From a virus, in IMG/VR virus record IMGVR_UViG_3300042878_001565, positions 27,180-91,179 of that record: a stretch of DNA of 64,000 nucleotides; one strand, written 5' to 3'. The translations under genes and the position numbers were made by a program. Shown piece after piece: positions 19,268-29,795 of the stretch. The notes under the pieces were generated by a model. That model ran no database searches, was not told the origin of the DNA, and worked only from the letters and a program-made list of their open reading frames with translations. Numbering within the stretch: position 1 is the stretch's first letter; each line of letters begins with the position of its first letter.

Positions 19268-22200
19268 GTTTAATTCCAGCTGCTTCTAAAGCGGCCACGT
19301 CTGCATCAGTTAAATCATAAGCACCACCAAGGTCATATACTTTTCCACCATGTGAAAACGTCATAGGTCCACCCATAGCTGATTTAATAACTTCACTATT
19401 CCATCCGTTAAATTGCGGTGTATCAATTGCACCATAAGTATTACCCATGTTGTTAACTTGGTCACCTCTATTAATACCACCTTCGTTTTCACCCCATTGA
19501 TTAAAATTACCTTGGTCATTCATACCAGTACGAGTAGTATTCATTGCTGAATTCATTGCCATATTTTTACCAGGTGTATTATTATGCATTTGATCAGTCC
19601 AATTACCAAATTTTTCCATACCTGCACTTGCAGCTTCATATCCATCAGCCCAACTTACTTTTAATTTACTTTTACCAGTAACTTTTCCTTTACCAGATTT
19701 AGCTGCTTGATTTGGATCAATAGTTATATTGTCATTTTTTTGCATGCTTGCAGGAAGAGTAGGATCAATTTTATTTCCAGCAACATCTGTAGTTGGTGTA
19801 CCAGTACCCCAAACCATACTGTTTGGATTAGTTGCTAATCCTTCTACAGGAATCATACCTGTTCCATCAACCGCTTTAGGAAGGAAATCATAATTATTTT
19901 TATACGTCATACCACCCAAAGCCATTTTTAAAACTTGAAGCGCATTATGTATATCATTATCAGAAGGACCACCAAATGCATATTCTTTATACTTGCCTTC
20001 ATAAGGATCGTAATAAACATCCTTTCCCTCTGCATTAAATAAACCATCTGTGTTTTTTTCAGTAGGTGTTCCTTTTACTATTGATTGCTCCTTTTGCATT
20101 TTAGTTTTAGCAACATTTAAAGCATCAGATTCTCTTTTGCTTTTTGCATCTACTTGGGGTAAAAGAAATTTATCCCAATATTCATTTGCTGCTTTTTTCT
20201 CGGTCGGTGAATTTGTTGGCATTGCACCCCACGCAGAACTGTGCTTACTGTATTCAGCATCGTTATATTCAATAGATCCTGGATCCACATTTGATGCAGT
20301 AACTGCACTTTGCGCAGTAGTTGTAGAACCAACATTGTTTGCTACAGGCTTTATAACAGCAGCAGGATCTGCAGTGTTTGTTGCTACTTGAGTTTTAGCA
20401 GTTAAACTTGGAAAAACTGTTGCAGGATTAGTAGAACTTGCAGGAACTGCTTCCTTTCCAATATATGGATTTGCTGCATCTAATGCTCTCTGTCTTTCTT
20501 CTTCCGCTTTTGTTGCATCTAATTCTTTTTGATATTCATTTGCATTTTCAGTTGGTGAATCATGAAAAGCTCTATACACACGCCCTCTTTGATTATATAC
20601 TTCATCTGCTTTAGTTAATGTAGCTGTACGATCTTCTCCTGCTTTTTTTGTAGCGGCAACCGTTGCAGCATCTGTTGCAGTTTTAATTTTAGCATTAGCA
20701 TCAAACTGTGAAAAGCGTTGATAATCATTTGCTAATCCAGCATTAGGATTAGCGGTAGTAATTTGATCAATACGTGTTGACTCATCAAAGTTTTTACCTA
20801 TATAATCTGCTAATAATTTATCACCAGTTTCTGTACCAATGCTACCATTTAAATTAGCATTTTTACCAAAAGTTTTAAGTTTATAATCATTAATTCCTTT
20901 AGTAAAAGCATCATCCCAAACTCCTGTTTCAGGTACACCCATAGTTGCTTGAAGGGCTTTAATATCATCTGCAGGCAATGGTTTATCTTTTGTATAAATA
21001 GTTCCATTGTTCCATGAACCTGTATTTACTTTTCTATCAACTTTTACATCAGCAAATTTACCAGTTGCCGGATCGTATGTTTTATCAGCTTTGTATTGTG
21101 CATACAAATCATCCTCTTTTTTAGCTTGTTCGGCACTAGCCCAACCTTTAGGATCATATTTACTTACACTTAATTGATTACCCATAGCATCAAACCTCAA
21201 TGTTTGATCACCTACCTTTTTTTCAGTTATTCCCGGTGCAGCTGGTATTGAACCTGGTGCGTTTCCAGTATTACCTGCAGTACTCCAATCTAAATCAAAT
21301 GCTACCTTTTGCCTACCAAAAATACCTTTTTTTGCTTCTGCATGAGTAACTTTAAATTTAGCATTAGGATCATTTGTTAACCCACTTGAATCCCATTTCA
21401 TATCACCATTATCCCATCCTGAATTACTCATAAATCGTCCAAAAGGAGATGCTTGTAATTTAGCAAGGTTTTGTTGTTCAGGTGTATTGTTAAAATATTT
21501 AGGTTGATTTGCACCAGCAGTAGCTGCAGCATCTGCTACAAACTTACCACCAATCATTTTACCAGATGCGCCCTCTGCTATTGTAGGTTCAGCATTTGGA
21601 ACAAATTTATTACCAGCCCATGTACCAGCAGTTCCATCTGCAATTGGTGCAGACCATTTAGAAGCTAAATCATCTACGTTTAAATGTTTTGTTGCATCTT
21701 TTTCAGCAGCATTATGTTTATACATTGCAACTTGATATTCAGCAGATGTTTTATAATCATTTGGATTTGGTCCACCCCCTGCAAATTTTGGTGCAGATTT
21801 TTTTAATGATGGAAACTCATTTTCAAAATCATTAAGTAATGCATTCTTTTTAACACTTTTTACAAAAGCAGCTTGTCTATCTTGAATGTAACTATTAGAT
21901 GTAGAATCAACTTCAGGCATACCGCCACCTAATGCTTTTTGTATTAAAGCACGAGCGTTACCACCAAAACGAGCTACTGGTGCTTGTTGTTGACCGCTTA
22001 ATTGTTGTAAAACATAAGTTCCAACTTGTTCATCAATTTCACCGCTTTTGATTGCAGCCATTAATTCTTGTTGAACTTGTTCTGCACTAGCTCCTTTTTG
22101 CATCATATCCTGAACTTGTGCAGTCACTTGATCCGCTTGCGCTTGCAAATCTGGAGCACCCCCTTGAGCCATACCTGGCATTGGTGGAGCACCTTGTTGC

Positions 22201-22541
22201 TGTTGCTGTTGCATCATAGCCATTTCTTCAGGAGATGGCTGACCGCCTTGAGGTGCGCCTTCCATTTGCTCTTCTCCTTGCCCTTGTGGTTGTTGACCAC
22301 CTTGCATAGCTTGTTGAATAACAGCTTGTGCTTCTTCAGGTGGCATACCAAGTTGTGCAAATACTTCCATGATTGCTTCTGGCGGCATTTGTTCTTGTAA
22401 CAATTTTTGTGCTACATCAATAGGTTGCGCACCTTGTTGCATCATTTGCTGAACCATTTGCATCACTTGTTGCATTTGTGCACCTTGCCCTTGTTGACCT
22501 TCTTGAGGATTTGCTTGAGGATTTGCTTCTGGATTTTCCAT
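19251..22541 (-). CDS. Cargo protein (1096 aa) with Q/M/G/P-rich N-terminus, repeated GG motifs and a peptidoglycan-binding-like domain
   Basis: Immediately downstream of the muzzle gene; MAQGG/ARFGG/KFAGG/YAFGG/FSHGG motifs; DIKALQATMG...TGVWDDAFTKGINDYK...NGSIGTETGDKL resembles PG_binding_1. Confidence 0.65.
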   Translation of the reverse strand: MENPEANPQANPQEGQQGQGAQMQQVMQMVQQMMQQGAQPIDVAQKLLQEQMPPEAIMEVFAQLGMPPEEAQAVIQQAMQGGQQPQGQGEEQMEGAPQGGQPSPEEMAMMQQQQQQGAPPMPGMAQGGAPDLQAQADQVTAQVQDMMQKGASAEQVQQELMAAIKSGEIDEQVGTYVLQQLSGQQQAPVARFGGNARALIQKALGGGMPEVDSTSNSYIQDRQAAFVKSVKKNALLNDFENEFPSLKKSAPKFAGGGPNPNDYKTSAEYQVAMYKHNAAEKDATKHLNVDDLASKWSAPIADGTAGTWAGNKFVPNAEPTIAEGASGKMIGGKFVADAAATAGANQPKYFNNTPEQQNLAKLQASPFGRFMSNSGWDNGDMKWDSSGLTNDPNAKFKVTHAEAKKGIFGRQKVAFDLDWSTAGNTGNAPGSIPAAPGITEKKVGDQTLRFDAMGNQLSVSKYDPKGWASAEQAKKEDDLYAQYKADKTYDPATGKFADVKVDRKVNTGSWNNGTIYTKDKPLPADDIKALQATMGVPETGVWDDAFTKGINDYKLKTFGKNANLNGSIGTETGDKLLADYIGKNFDESTRIDQITTANPNAGLANDYQRFSQFDANAKIKTATDAATVAATKKAGEDRTATLTKADEVYNQRGRVYRAFHDSPTENANEYQKELDATKAEEERQRALDAANPYIGKEAVPASSTNPATVFPSLTAKTQVATNTADPAAVIKPVANNVGSTTTAQSAVTASNVDPGSIEYNDAEYSKHSSAWGAMPTNSPTEKKAANEYWDKFLLPQVDAKSKRESDALNVAKTKMQKEQSIVKGTPTEKNTDGLFNAEGKDVYYDPYEGKYKEYAFGGPSDNDIHNALQVLKMALGGMTYKNNYDFLPKAVDGTGMIPVEGLATNPNSMVWGTGTPTTDVAGNKIDPTLPASMQKNDNITIDPNQAAKSGKGKVTGKSKLKVSWADGYEAASAGMEKFGNWTDQMHNNTPGKNMAMNSAMNTTRTGMNDQGNFNQWGENEGGINRGDQVNNMGNTYGAIDTPQFNGWNSEVIKSAMGGPMTFSHGGKVYDLGGAYDLTDADVAALEAAGIKLERNR

Positions 22542-22601
22542 GTTTATAAACTTATATTTTAATATACAAAAAATAATTAAGAAAAGGTAACTATAAAAAA
22601 G

Positions 22602-25600
22602 TTACCTCTCCGATACTAATAAATTACCTAACGCTAAACTAACTAGCATTTCAACGTTACCGCTTTTAATTTTACGCAATATAACTTTGTTTTCAAAGTG
22701 TCTGAATTTTTTTCTTTGCAGTTCATTTTTTTGATAATCTAAATTATTAATGTTTAGACTGCGAATATAACCATTCTCTTCTGTTTTCCATATAGTTTCA
22801 TGTACACCAGAAAATTCACCACGATCTTTAGTTATATCCCAGAACTGATTAAAACGACATTTCTGTTCTTCTTTTGAATAAAGAATATCAATATAATTCA
22901 AATGAACTTTTGGAAAGTTAACAATGTCAGTTAAACTGTTTTTTGGATTCAATTTTAGTTTTAATAATCCTGAACATTGTTCCGAGTTATAAATTATAGC
23001 TTCATCAAAACCATGATCTAATACATGATGGCGATCAAAACAATTATTGTCATAAATGTATGACTCTAAATAGAATTCAACATTACGTAAAGTAGATACA
23101 GCAAACTTACTATTCATTTGAAACTCTACTTCAAACGGATAGTCAACACCATAAAAATTACAATAACTTTGACAAGTTTGATTGTGTTTCCAAATACTAC
23201 CTTTCTTTGTTGTTAAAAATGAATTTCTACCTGTAAATGATAAATCTGGATGCCAGTCATGATACGAAATAAATTCAGCTGATTTTGGATCAAATGAAAG
23301 TGTCCACGAACATTCTTTAAAGTACATTGGATCTTGAACAGTTGTTGGGTATTTACCATTCACTAAAAAATTTCCTTTACCTACATATACAAGTGTCGTT
23401 CCTGTAGGAAGGTCTTTCCTTAAATGATAATCTTTTTTACAGAAGTACAAAAGCATATATTCATTATCATAAACTGTTTGACATCCAATTCCTGCAACAG
23501 GATTATCGCTTATATCATAAGAAGGAAAATCTTCTAATAATTTATATGGTAAATATGTATTTAACCAAAACTTATTATTTTTTAATGAAATTTCTTTTAA
23601 ACCTCCAGCGTATGAAAATATTTTTCCTTGATTTAAATTAATCCAGTATAAACCAAATGGTGTATTAATTACAGATAATCTACTTTGACATGAACCATAC
23701 TCCATTGATTTATCAGCATTAACAATATTTTGAACATCGCGTGCAAGCAATGAACCATCTCCAATAGTTAATTCGTCACCATTAGAAGTTTGTAATGTAT
23801 TAACACCAGGCAATCTTCCAGGAGCTGTATTATTAAATAAAATTAATGCACCTGTTTGATCAATAGCTTTTATTGCAACTATTTCACTTTTAAAATCTTT
23901 ATTATTTAATGGAAGAAATACACTCCAGTTATCAGCTTTGTATTCTGTTAACTGCGGCAATGACCACAATAATCTACGCGGCCTATACGTATAACATGAT
24001 GAATACAATAATGGATCATAATCATTTAATTGAATAGTGTTCCATGAAAATTTAGTAAAAGGTAAATATGAAACAGCAAGACTTCTATCCATTTTATAAT
24101 AATTGTCTGTTTTAATTATGTTCATATCAAACATAGTTTTTAAATCAGAAACAATTGGATAATGTTTTTGAACAACTAAATCACCATAATCTCTATAATC
24201 TAAATTATATTCAGATTCACAGTAAAAATCTTTTACACCTGAATTAAATAAATAAATGTATGCATTTTTAACTACCAACCAACCACGAGGACCGGGTACT
24301 CTATCAAAACAATGTTTATCAGATGGTGTTACAATACCCTGCCAAAATGAACTAATAGAACCATTATCAACTGCAGTATAAATTGCATTCGGCAAACTTT
24401 GAATAAACTCACCAAAATCAAATGGTTCAGTATCCATCCAGAAAGCTGTACTCTCAAACATCTGATAATCCTTATAGTTAAATTCAGCACCATCTGGTTC
24501 ACCATTTAACCATCTTTGAAAATAAAAGAATGTATTTTTTTCAGAATATCTTCCGATGTATGTGTCACCACCAAAAATTGTTTCTGTAGATGTATTAAAA
24601 ATAGTAACCCCTGAAACATTTTTTATATACGCATTTGTGTAATTACTTTGAGTTGGTAATTGTTTAATTCCAAACAGTTGACTATACTGATTTCTTAATC
24701 TTGTTTTAATAGCAGTATAGTGTGATGATGCTCTACGTGCATAAGTATTAAATACACCTTTTGCAGGAAGATCTGATGCTTTTTTTCCACGCGATGTATC
24801 AGAAATAGTTGGATTATCTATTAATTGATTAGTATTTAAAACAACCATCTCTTGACGGTTTAAATGATTTATGACGTGGGTTGTTAAAAAATCATGGACA
24901 CCATCATTAAGGTATCTAATAGTACCAATATCCTTTCTTCTGTTAGTTGCTTTAGGACTAGCAAAGTTTTCATAACCACACACTGCTTGAAACTGTAATG
25001 CATGTTGTCTATATTTATTTAAAGCTTTTATCATTGTTAATAATGCATCCGAACCTTCTCCTACATAATGTGTAAACATTTGAATTGCTGAAACAGCACG
25101 AAGTAAACCAGGAGAACGATTTTGATCTTTATAATGTATTTCAGATGTTCCTGAATTTACGTTAGAACCAGGTATAGCACCAGCAACTCTACCTAGTGTA
25201 TTTTGTAATTTATTTTTCATATAGTTGGTAGATGCAAGCCCCCAAGATTGACCAGTTATACCATCAATAAACGAAGTCATATTTTCAGTTGATTGCAATA
25301 AACCTTCTGCAGCTAAAGGTGCAACTTTAGCAAGTATCGCAGCAATTTTACCAAAAGCATTGGTAGAACCAACACCTAATGTAATAGTTTCTTGATCAAA
25401 ATATTTGTTACCTGTCCAAACAAGATCTTTTGTACCATTAATTTTACTAATAGCAAATCCAATACCATAAATTATTCCAATACCAAAAGAAAGGTCTGTT
25501 ACAAATTTATGTTTTGGATGATTACGAGGTTCTACAAAAGAACCATTAGAAACACCCCATTGTTCACCATAAATTTTTAATTCATCATCAACCAAAAATG

Positions 25601-27602
25601 GTTTTGAAAACATTGTATCCGGTGAATGAAATGTAAATTTATCTTTTACATATCGATCATTCGGAACATAGTTTACAATATTTCCTTCTGCACCAAAAAC
25701 AATATTCTCATACGATGTGTTAACAGGATTACCTGAACCATCTTTTCCTATAGAAATAAAAGGATCTGCAGTCAAATCATTAAATGGATAGTTAGCATAT
25801 AATCCAGTACGTGAAGAACCATTTAAAACTTTTGGTATATCATACTCAAACATATTATTAATAAGTCCTTTGTACAATACAGTTTTATTTCCATTACGAC
25901 TTCCACGTAAAATTTCATAACCAACAATGTTTTTAATTGTAACACCGTTGTTATCTACAGGTGGTCTAACATTTTTAAATGCAACACCCATTACACGAAT
26001 GGTTCTTGTACCACTTTTATAATGATTAGTTAAATCATTAAATCCAATTCCAATTGTATTTTCTGGAAATTTATGATGTCTAATTGGTTTACCACATAAA
26101 TCAAAATTAGAATTTCCAACATCAGACCATAGATGTGATGAAGAATTCCATCTTGATGGATGTTTATCATCATAAAATTCAGATGACTCATGGTAACCCA
26201 TTCTACCTTCAGCAACTAAAGTACCACCATCATCTGTTGGCACACCTAAAAAAGCTGTAACCCATGCAGTATTATAAACTTCAAATACTTTTGGACTATA
26301 ACCAGATTCAATAATATTTGGTGTAGCTGGACATACCGCATTTTCTAATATAGAACTACCTGCAGATGAAGAATCTGATGGTAATATATAATTACTTGGA
26401 GCACGTCCGGGAATATGATACGAGCTTGTTTTATCACCTGTATTATAAATCCATCGAATAAAGAAAGGATAATTCTCATCTCTCATGTATCCTACATTGG
26501 TTCCGCCATTCTTATAATAAGTATCAGGATACTCTACTAATTGCCAAAATGATTCTATTTGATTTGCTAACGGTTGATAATTAAAATCAAATTTTTCTGT
26601 AGGACCAACACGCATTAAATAATTACCATTTTCATAAATAGCATCAGATTTATCAGGAACAGCTGTAACTAGAAAAAGTTCTTTTTCATCTGGAATATCC
26701 GGTAACTCTGGTGATAAAAAATCTATAGTAATAAAAGTTTGGTTTGTGCTATATTGACCAAGAATTTTTGATATTGTTTTATCAGCAATAGTAAATGTAA
26801 CTACAACTTCATATTGTTCAAAAGTTGTATCAAGATCTGATAAAGTTAATTCTAATGCACTATTTACATTTTCATGTGTAAATACTGAAACTACATTAGA
26901 CATTACAGTATAATCTGTTTTTTTTAAACCATTAACTAAATAGTAAATCTGAAAATGGTAACTACCGTTTTTAATACTTCCAGAACTCGGTCCTTTTTTT
27001 ATTTTTAATTTTGGCGTTTGAATAAATGATTCTAATCTAATCTCATTGCAATCCAAAATCTTGCGTCCTAAAGTATCTAGTTTATCAACACATGTAATAC
27101 AACCACCAGGTAAAGAACCATTGCTGTCAGTACATACCTGCACCCATGGAATATTTTGAATATCCATAGTTCTATCGGCATTTAAACCATCAGCCCAATA
27201 TGCTTTAAATGAACAATCAAAAGTAGGTCTTACAACACCTTTTATTAAATGAGTTTGTTTAAATGCAAGACATGCATTATTTACTAATCTTGTATATGTA
27301 CATGTACCCTCTACAAACCTTCCAATTTCTGATTGAAAGTTGTTTGTAGAAAATATTAACCATTCATCATTCACAATATGTAATGCACTAATAATAGTAT
27401 ATGGAGCTTCATCACATATTATATTAGAAAACTCATTACTTAATTTTCCTAAATCTCCTTTATGTGAATTATTAATTGCGTTACGTGCATAAGTCCATGC
27501 ATTTTCTGGCAGATGAAAATCATTTACATCTGATACAAATCCAGCTTCAAAAGTTTGAGATTCCTGACTAGACTGGTTTGATTTTTTTTGTTTCTTTGCC
27601 AT
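22602..27602 (-). CDS. Tail stabilization / muzzle protein (P22 gp10-like, crAss type)
   Basis: 1666 aa, beta-rich; GFVSDVND...WTYARNA N-terminus, GYMRDENYPFFIRW, CGKPIRHHKFP, IVGYEILRGSR, FTFHSPDT, SWTLSFDPK..FISYHDWHP motifs; syntenic position. Confidence 0.85.
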   Translation of the reverse strand: MAKKQKKSNQSSQESQTFEAGFVSDVNDFHLPENAWTYARNAINNSHKGDLGKLSNEFSNIICDEAPYTIISALHIVNDEWLIFSTNNFQSEIGRFVEGTCTYTRLVNNACLAFKQTHLIKGVVRPTFDCSFKAYWADGLNADRTMDIQNIPWVQVCTDSNGSLPGGCITCVDKLDTLGRKILDCNEIRLESFIQTPKLKIKKGPSSGSIKNGSYHFQIYYLVNGLKKTDYTVMSNVVSVFTHENVNSALELTLSDLDTTFEQYEVVVTFTIADKTISKILGQYSTNQTFITIDFLSPELPDIPDEKELFLVTAVPDKSDAIYENGNYLMRVGPTEKFDFNYQPLANQIESFWQLVEYPDTYYKNGGTNVGYMRDENYPFFIRWIYNTGDKTSSYHIPGRAPSNYILPSDSSSAGSSILENAVCPATPNIIESGYSPKVFEVYNTAWVTAFLGVPTDDGGTLVAEGRMGYHESSEFYDDKHPSRWNSSSHLWSDVGNSNFDLCGKPIRHHKFPENTIGIGFNDLTNHYKSGTRTIRVMGVAFKNVRPPVDNNGVTIKNIVGYEILRGSRNGNKTVLYKGLINNMFEYDIPKVLNGSSRTGLYANYPFNDLTADPFISIGKDGSGNPVNTSYENIVFGAEGNIVNYVPNDRYVKDKFTFHSPDTMFSKPFLVDDELKIYGEQWGVSNGSFVEPRNHPKHKFVTDLSFGIGIIYGIGFAISKINGTKDLVWTGNKYFDQETITLGVGSTNAFGKIAAILAKVAPLAAEGLLQSTENMTSFIDGITGQSWGLASTNYMKNKLQNTLGRVAGAIPGSNVNSGTSEIHYKDQNRSPGLLRAVSAIQMFTHYVGEGSDALLTMIKALNKYRQHALQFQAVCGYENFASPKATNRRKDIGTIRYLNDGVHDFLTTHVINHLNRQEMVVLNTNQLIDNPTISDTSRGKKASDLPAKGVFNTYARRASSHYTAIKTRLRNQYSQLFGIKQLPTQSNYTNAYIKNVSGVTIFNTSTETIFGGDTYIGRYSEKNTFFYFQRWLNGEPDGAEFNYKDYQMFESTAFWMDTEPFDFGEFIQSLPNAIYTAVDNGSISSFWQGIVTPSDKHCFDRVPGPRGWLVVKNAYIYLFNSGVKDFYCESEYNLDYRDYGDLVVQKHYPIVSDLKTMFDMNIIKTDNYYKMDRSLAVSYLPFTKFSWNTIQLNDYDPLLYSSCYTYRPRRLLWSLPQLTEYKADNWSVFLPLNNKDFKSEIVAIKAIDQTGALILFNNTAPGRLPGVNTLQTSNGDELTIGDGSLLARDVQNIVNADKSMEYGSCQSRLSVINTPFGLYWINLNQGKIFSYAGGLKEISLKNNKFWLNTYLPYKLLEDFPSYDISDNPVAGIGCQTVYDNEYMLLYFCKKDYHLRKDLPTGTTLVYVGKGNFLVNGKYPTTVQDPMYFKECSWTLSFDPKSAEFISYHDWHPDLSFTGRNSFLTTKKGSIWKHNQTCQSYCNFYGVDYPFEVEFQMNSKFAVSTLRNVEFYLESYIYDNNCFDRHHVLDHGFDEAIIYNSEQCSGLLKLKLNPKNSLTDIVNFPKVHLNYIDILYSKEEQKCRFNQFWDITKDRGEFSGVHETIWKTEENGYIRSLNINNLDYQKNELQRKKFRHFENKVILRKIKSGNVEMLVSLALGNLLVSER

Positions 27603-27604
27603 CT

Positions 27605-28546
27605 TTAGTATCTTTTAAACATGTTCCAGTAATTATGATATTGAGCTTTACGATTGGTTTCCCATATTTTTCTCAATTCCCCAAAGTCTGGTGTATTCAC
27701 TAATGTATTTGCATTGTTACGAGCGGCTTTTAATCTTTGTTCAACAATTTGAAATTGCATTTGTGTAACAGCTTCACCATTCATAACAGCATTTTCAAGT
27801 ACACGTTGTTTGATTGCATACTCGTAATACTCGTTTAGCATATCATGATCAGGAACTAATAAGTTTCCTTCATCATCTTCAAGTAATCCTTGATAGTTTA
27901 AATACAATTTTCCTGTAGGAAAGGAAGTGTATATAAATCCATTTTTAATATATGCTGTATTTGAGGACATCCATTTTTGATTTGGACAATCTAAATCAAT
28001 TACATTTCCATTATCAACAATTTTTATTGAATGAAATTCAGTCCATGTTCTTGTTTCATATTTCAGTTTTTGAACCAACATCATTGATTGGCCTGTACAA
28101 CTTAATGTTACAGAACAAGAAGTATTGCAACCACATGTTTGTGGAACTTGTCCACATGAATTACATAAATTTGCTTGAGGATTAACAACTGGTTCAGCAC
28201 AAATATGAACTTCACCTGGGGGTGGTGTATATAATCCACCTACCGGCATATATTCAGTATGTGTTCCTTGAATTACAGGTTCTGTTACTTTATGCTGACT
28301 AACGATTAATGCAAAGTTTAATACATTAAAATTGTTTGGAAGTTTTGCTTTTCCTTTTTCAATTTCAAGTACTGTTTCATGTGTTTTAAAAACCCTTAAT
28401 CCAAGGTCATAATTAACACGCTTTGCAATTTTAATAAATTCTTGAGGATTGATTAAACCGTCTAAATCAAAATTTCTAAAATCAGTTTGAATCTCTGCCA
28501 ATAACTGGTCGTAAGTTCTATACTTTAACTCTGTGTGTGCTGCCAT
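27605..28546 (-). CDS. Tail ring/tubular protein with a Cys-rich insertion
   Basis: IEKGKAKLPNNF...YIKNGFIYTSF..GKLYLNYQG...DDEGNLLVPD pattern of crAss-like ring proteins directly upstream of the muzzle. Confidence 0.75.
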   Translation of the reverse strand: MAAHTELKYRTYDQLLAEIQTDFRNFDLDGLINPQEFIKIAKRVNYDLGLRVFKTHETVLEIEKGKAKLPNNFNVLNFALIVSQHKVTEPVIQGTHTEYMPVGGLYTPPPGEVHICAEPVVNPQANLCNSCGQVPQTCGCNTSCSVTLSCTGQSMMLVQKLKYETRTWTEFHSIKIVDNGNVIDLDCPNQKWMSSNTAYIKNGFIYTSFPTGKLYLNYQGLLEDDEGNLLVPDHDMLNEYYEYAIKQRVLENAVMNGEAVTQMQFQIVEQRLKAARNNANTLVNTPDFGELRKIWETNRKAQYHNYWNMFKRY

Positions 28547-28547
28547 T

Positions 28548-29213
28548 TTATCTGATTATATTTTGTTTATCATCTGATTGATCTATTGGAATTTTTGCCA
28601 ACGTCATTAACTCTTGTGTACTCATTTGTTCCATTTCTGCAAATAAATAATCTGGAAGATTAAATGCTTTTTCCTGCATAATTGAACAATCATCTTTACC
28701 ACAATATCCATCTAAAGAATCTTCCCACATTGCTTCAACCATTACAGCTTCCCATTCAATATCTGGAAAATACAAATAACCATTGTTAAACCAAAAATAG
28801 TTAGTCTTGTTATATTTAAAATTAGTTGAACGAACCATAGCAACATAAACAGTTGATGAAACTTGTTGAAACGTATCGCTAAAATCAATTGGGCTTACGT
28901 TTCTAAATATAGGACCATTGCTTCCACTAAATACTTTAGGTAATTTTTCTTTTGTTCTTCGAATTGTACAACCGGTTTTAATACCAGCGCAGTTTGCTTC
29001 AATTTTATCAACTTCAATTAGTTCAACAAAAGGAAGTGTTTCAAACAAGGAATCATAAACCATAAGTTTACGTTCATTATCCTGTCTTCGAATTAATGCT
29101 TTAGAATACTTTAAAAGTATATTGTATATCAAACGATCTGTAAGAAATGCATCTTCATTTACCGCTTTAAATACATTTCTTATTCTGGACGTTGCTTCTT
29201 GTATTGTTGTCAT
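28548..29213 (-). CDS. Tail ring protein
   Basis: LTDRLIY...C...RTKEKLP...YFWFNNGYLYF pattern; synteny with ring and muzzle genes. Confidence 0.7.
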   Translation of the reverse strand: MTTIQEATSRIRNVFKAVNEDAFLTDRLIYNILLKYSKALIRRQDNERKLMVYDSLFETLPFVELIEVDKIEANCAGIKTGCTIRRTKEKLPKVFSGSNGPIFRNVSPIDFSDTFQQVSSTVYVAMVRSTNFKYNKTNYFWFNNGYLYFPDIEWEAVMVEAMWEDSLDGYCGKDDCSIMQEKAFNLPDYLFAEMEQMSTQELMTLAKIPIDQSDDKQNIIR

Positions 29214-29222
29214 AATACTTAT

Positions 29223-29702
29223 TTAAAAATTGTAACTCAATGTTAAACACCGTTGCCAATGTTTTCTGAAATACTTACTTGCTGTTCTTTTAAATTCAAG
29301 CACCGGAGTAAATGAAAATAAGTTATTATTCTTTATTACATTTCGAACTGAACCAGTGGAATAAACAATTCTCATGTAGTGTCCATCTGTTTCCCAATTC
29401 TTATGATATACTGTTATCCCAACTTCTTTAGAACGCTTGTAATCTACTAATTTCTTTTTTGGTTTACCTGCATTATTAATACAGATCATACCTATGTTTT
29501 CTGGAAGCACTACACCATAAGTATTATTCATAGTTTCTGCTACCATATTTTTATTAAATGTTCTTGCAATGTTTATCAAATCATGCATGGTAATGTTTGC
29601 ATATTCCGGATGTAATTTTTTAAATTCCTTCAATTCTGCATACTCAATTACTTTTCCTTTCTGTTCTGTTACCCTTGCTTTCTTTAAATCTGGTATTTGC
29701 AT
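29223..29702 (-). CDS. IHF/HU-like DNA-binding protein
   Basis: GVVLPENIGMICI...VDYKRSK...YHKNWETDGH...FSFTP; an IHF-like gene in this position is typical of crAss-like tail modules. Confidence 0.65.
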   Translation of the reverse strand: MQIPDLKKARVTEQKGKVIEYAELKEFKKLHPEYANITMHDLINIARTFNKNMVAETMNNTYGVVLPENIGMICINNAGKPKKKLVDYKRSKEVGITVYHKNWETDGHYMRIVYSTGSVRNVIKNNNLFSFTPVLEFKRTASKYFRKHWQRCLTLSYNF

Positions 29703-29748
29703 AACTTATAATATAAGAATTTTAAGTCAAAAATACAAATTAAAATGC

Positions 29749-29777
29749 AAAAAGAAACCCTCTATTCCTAGAGGGTT
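29749..29777 (-). terminator. Rho-independent terminator
   Basis: Minus strand AACCCTCTA-GGAA-TAGAGGGTT followed by TCTTTTT. Confidence 0.75.
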
Positions 29778-29795
29778 CAAAATACAAAGAGTAAA

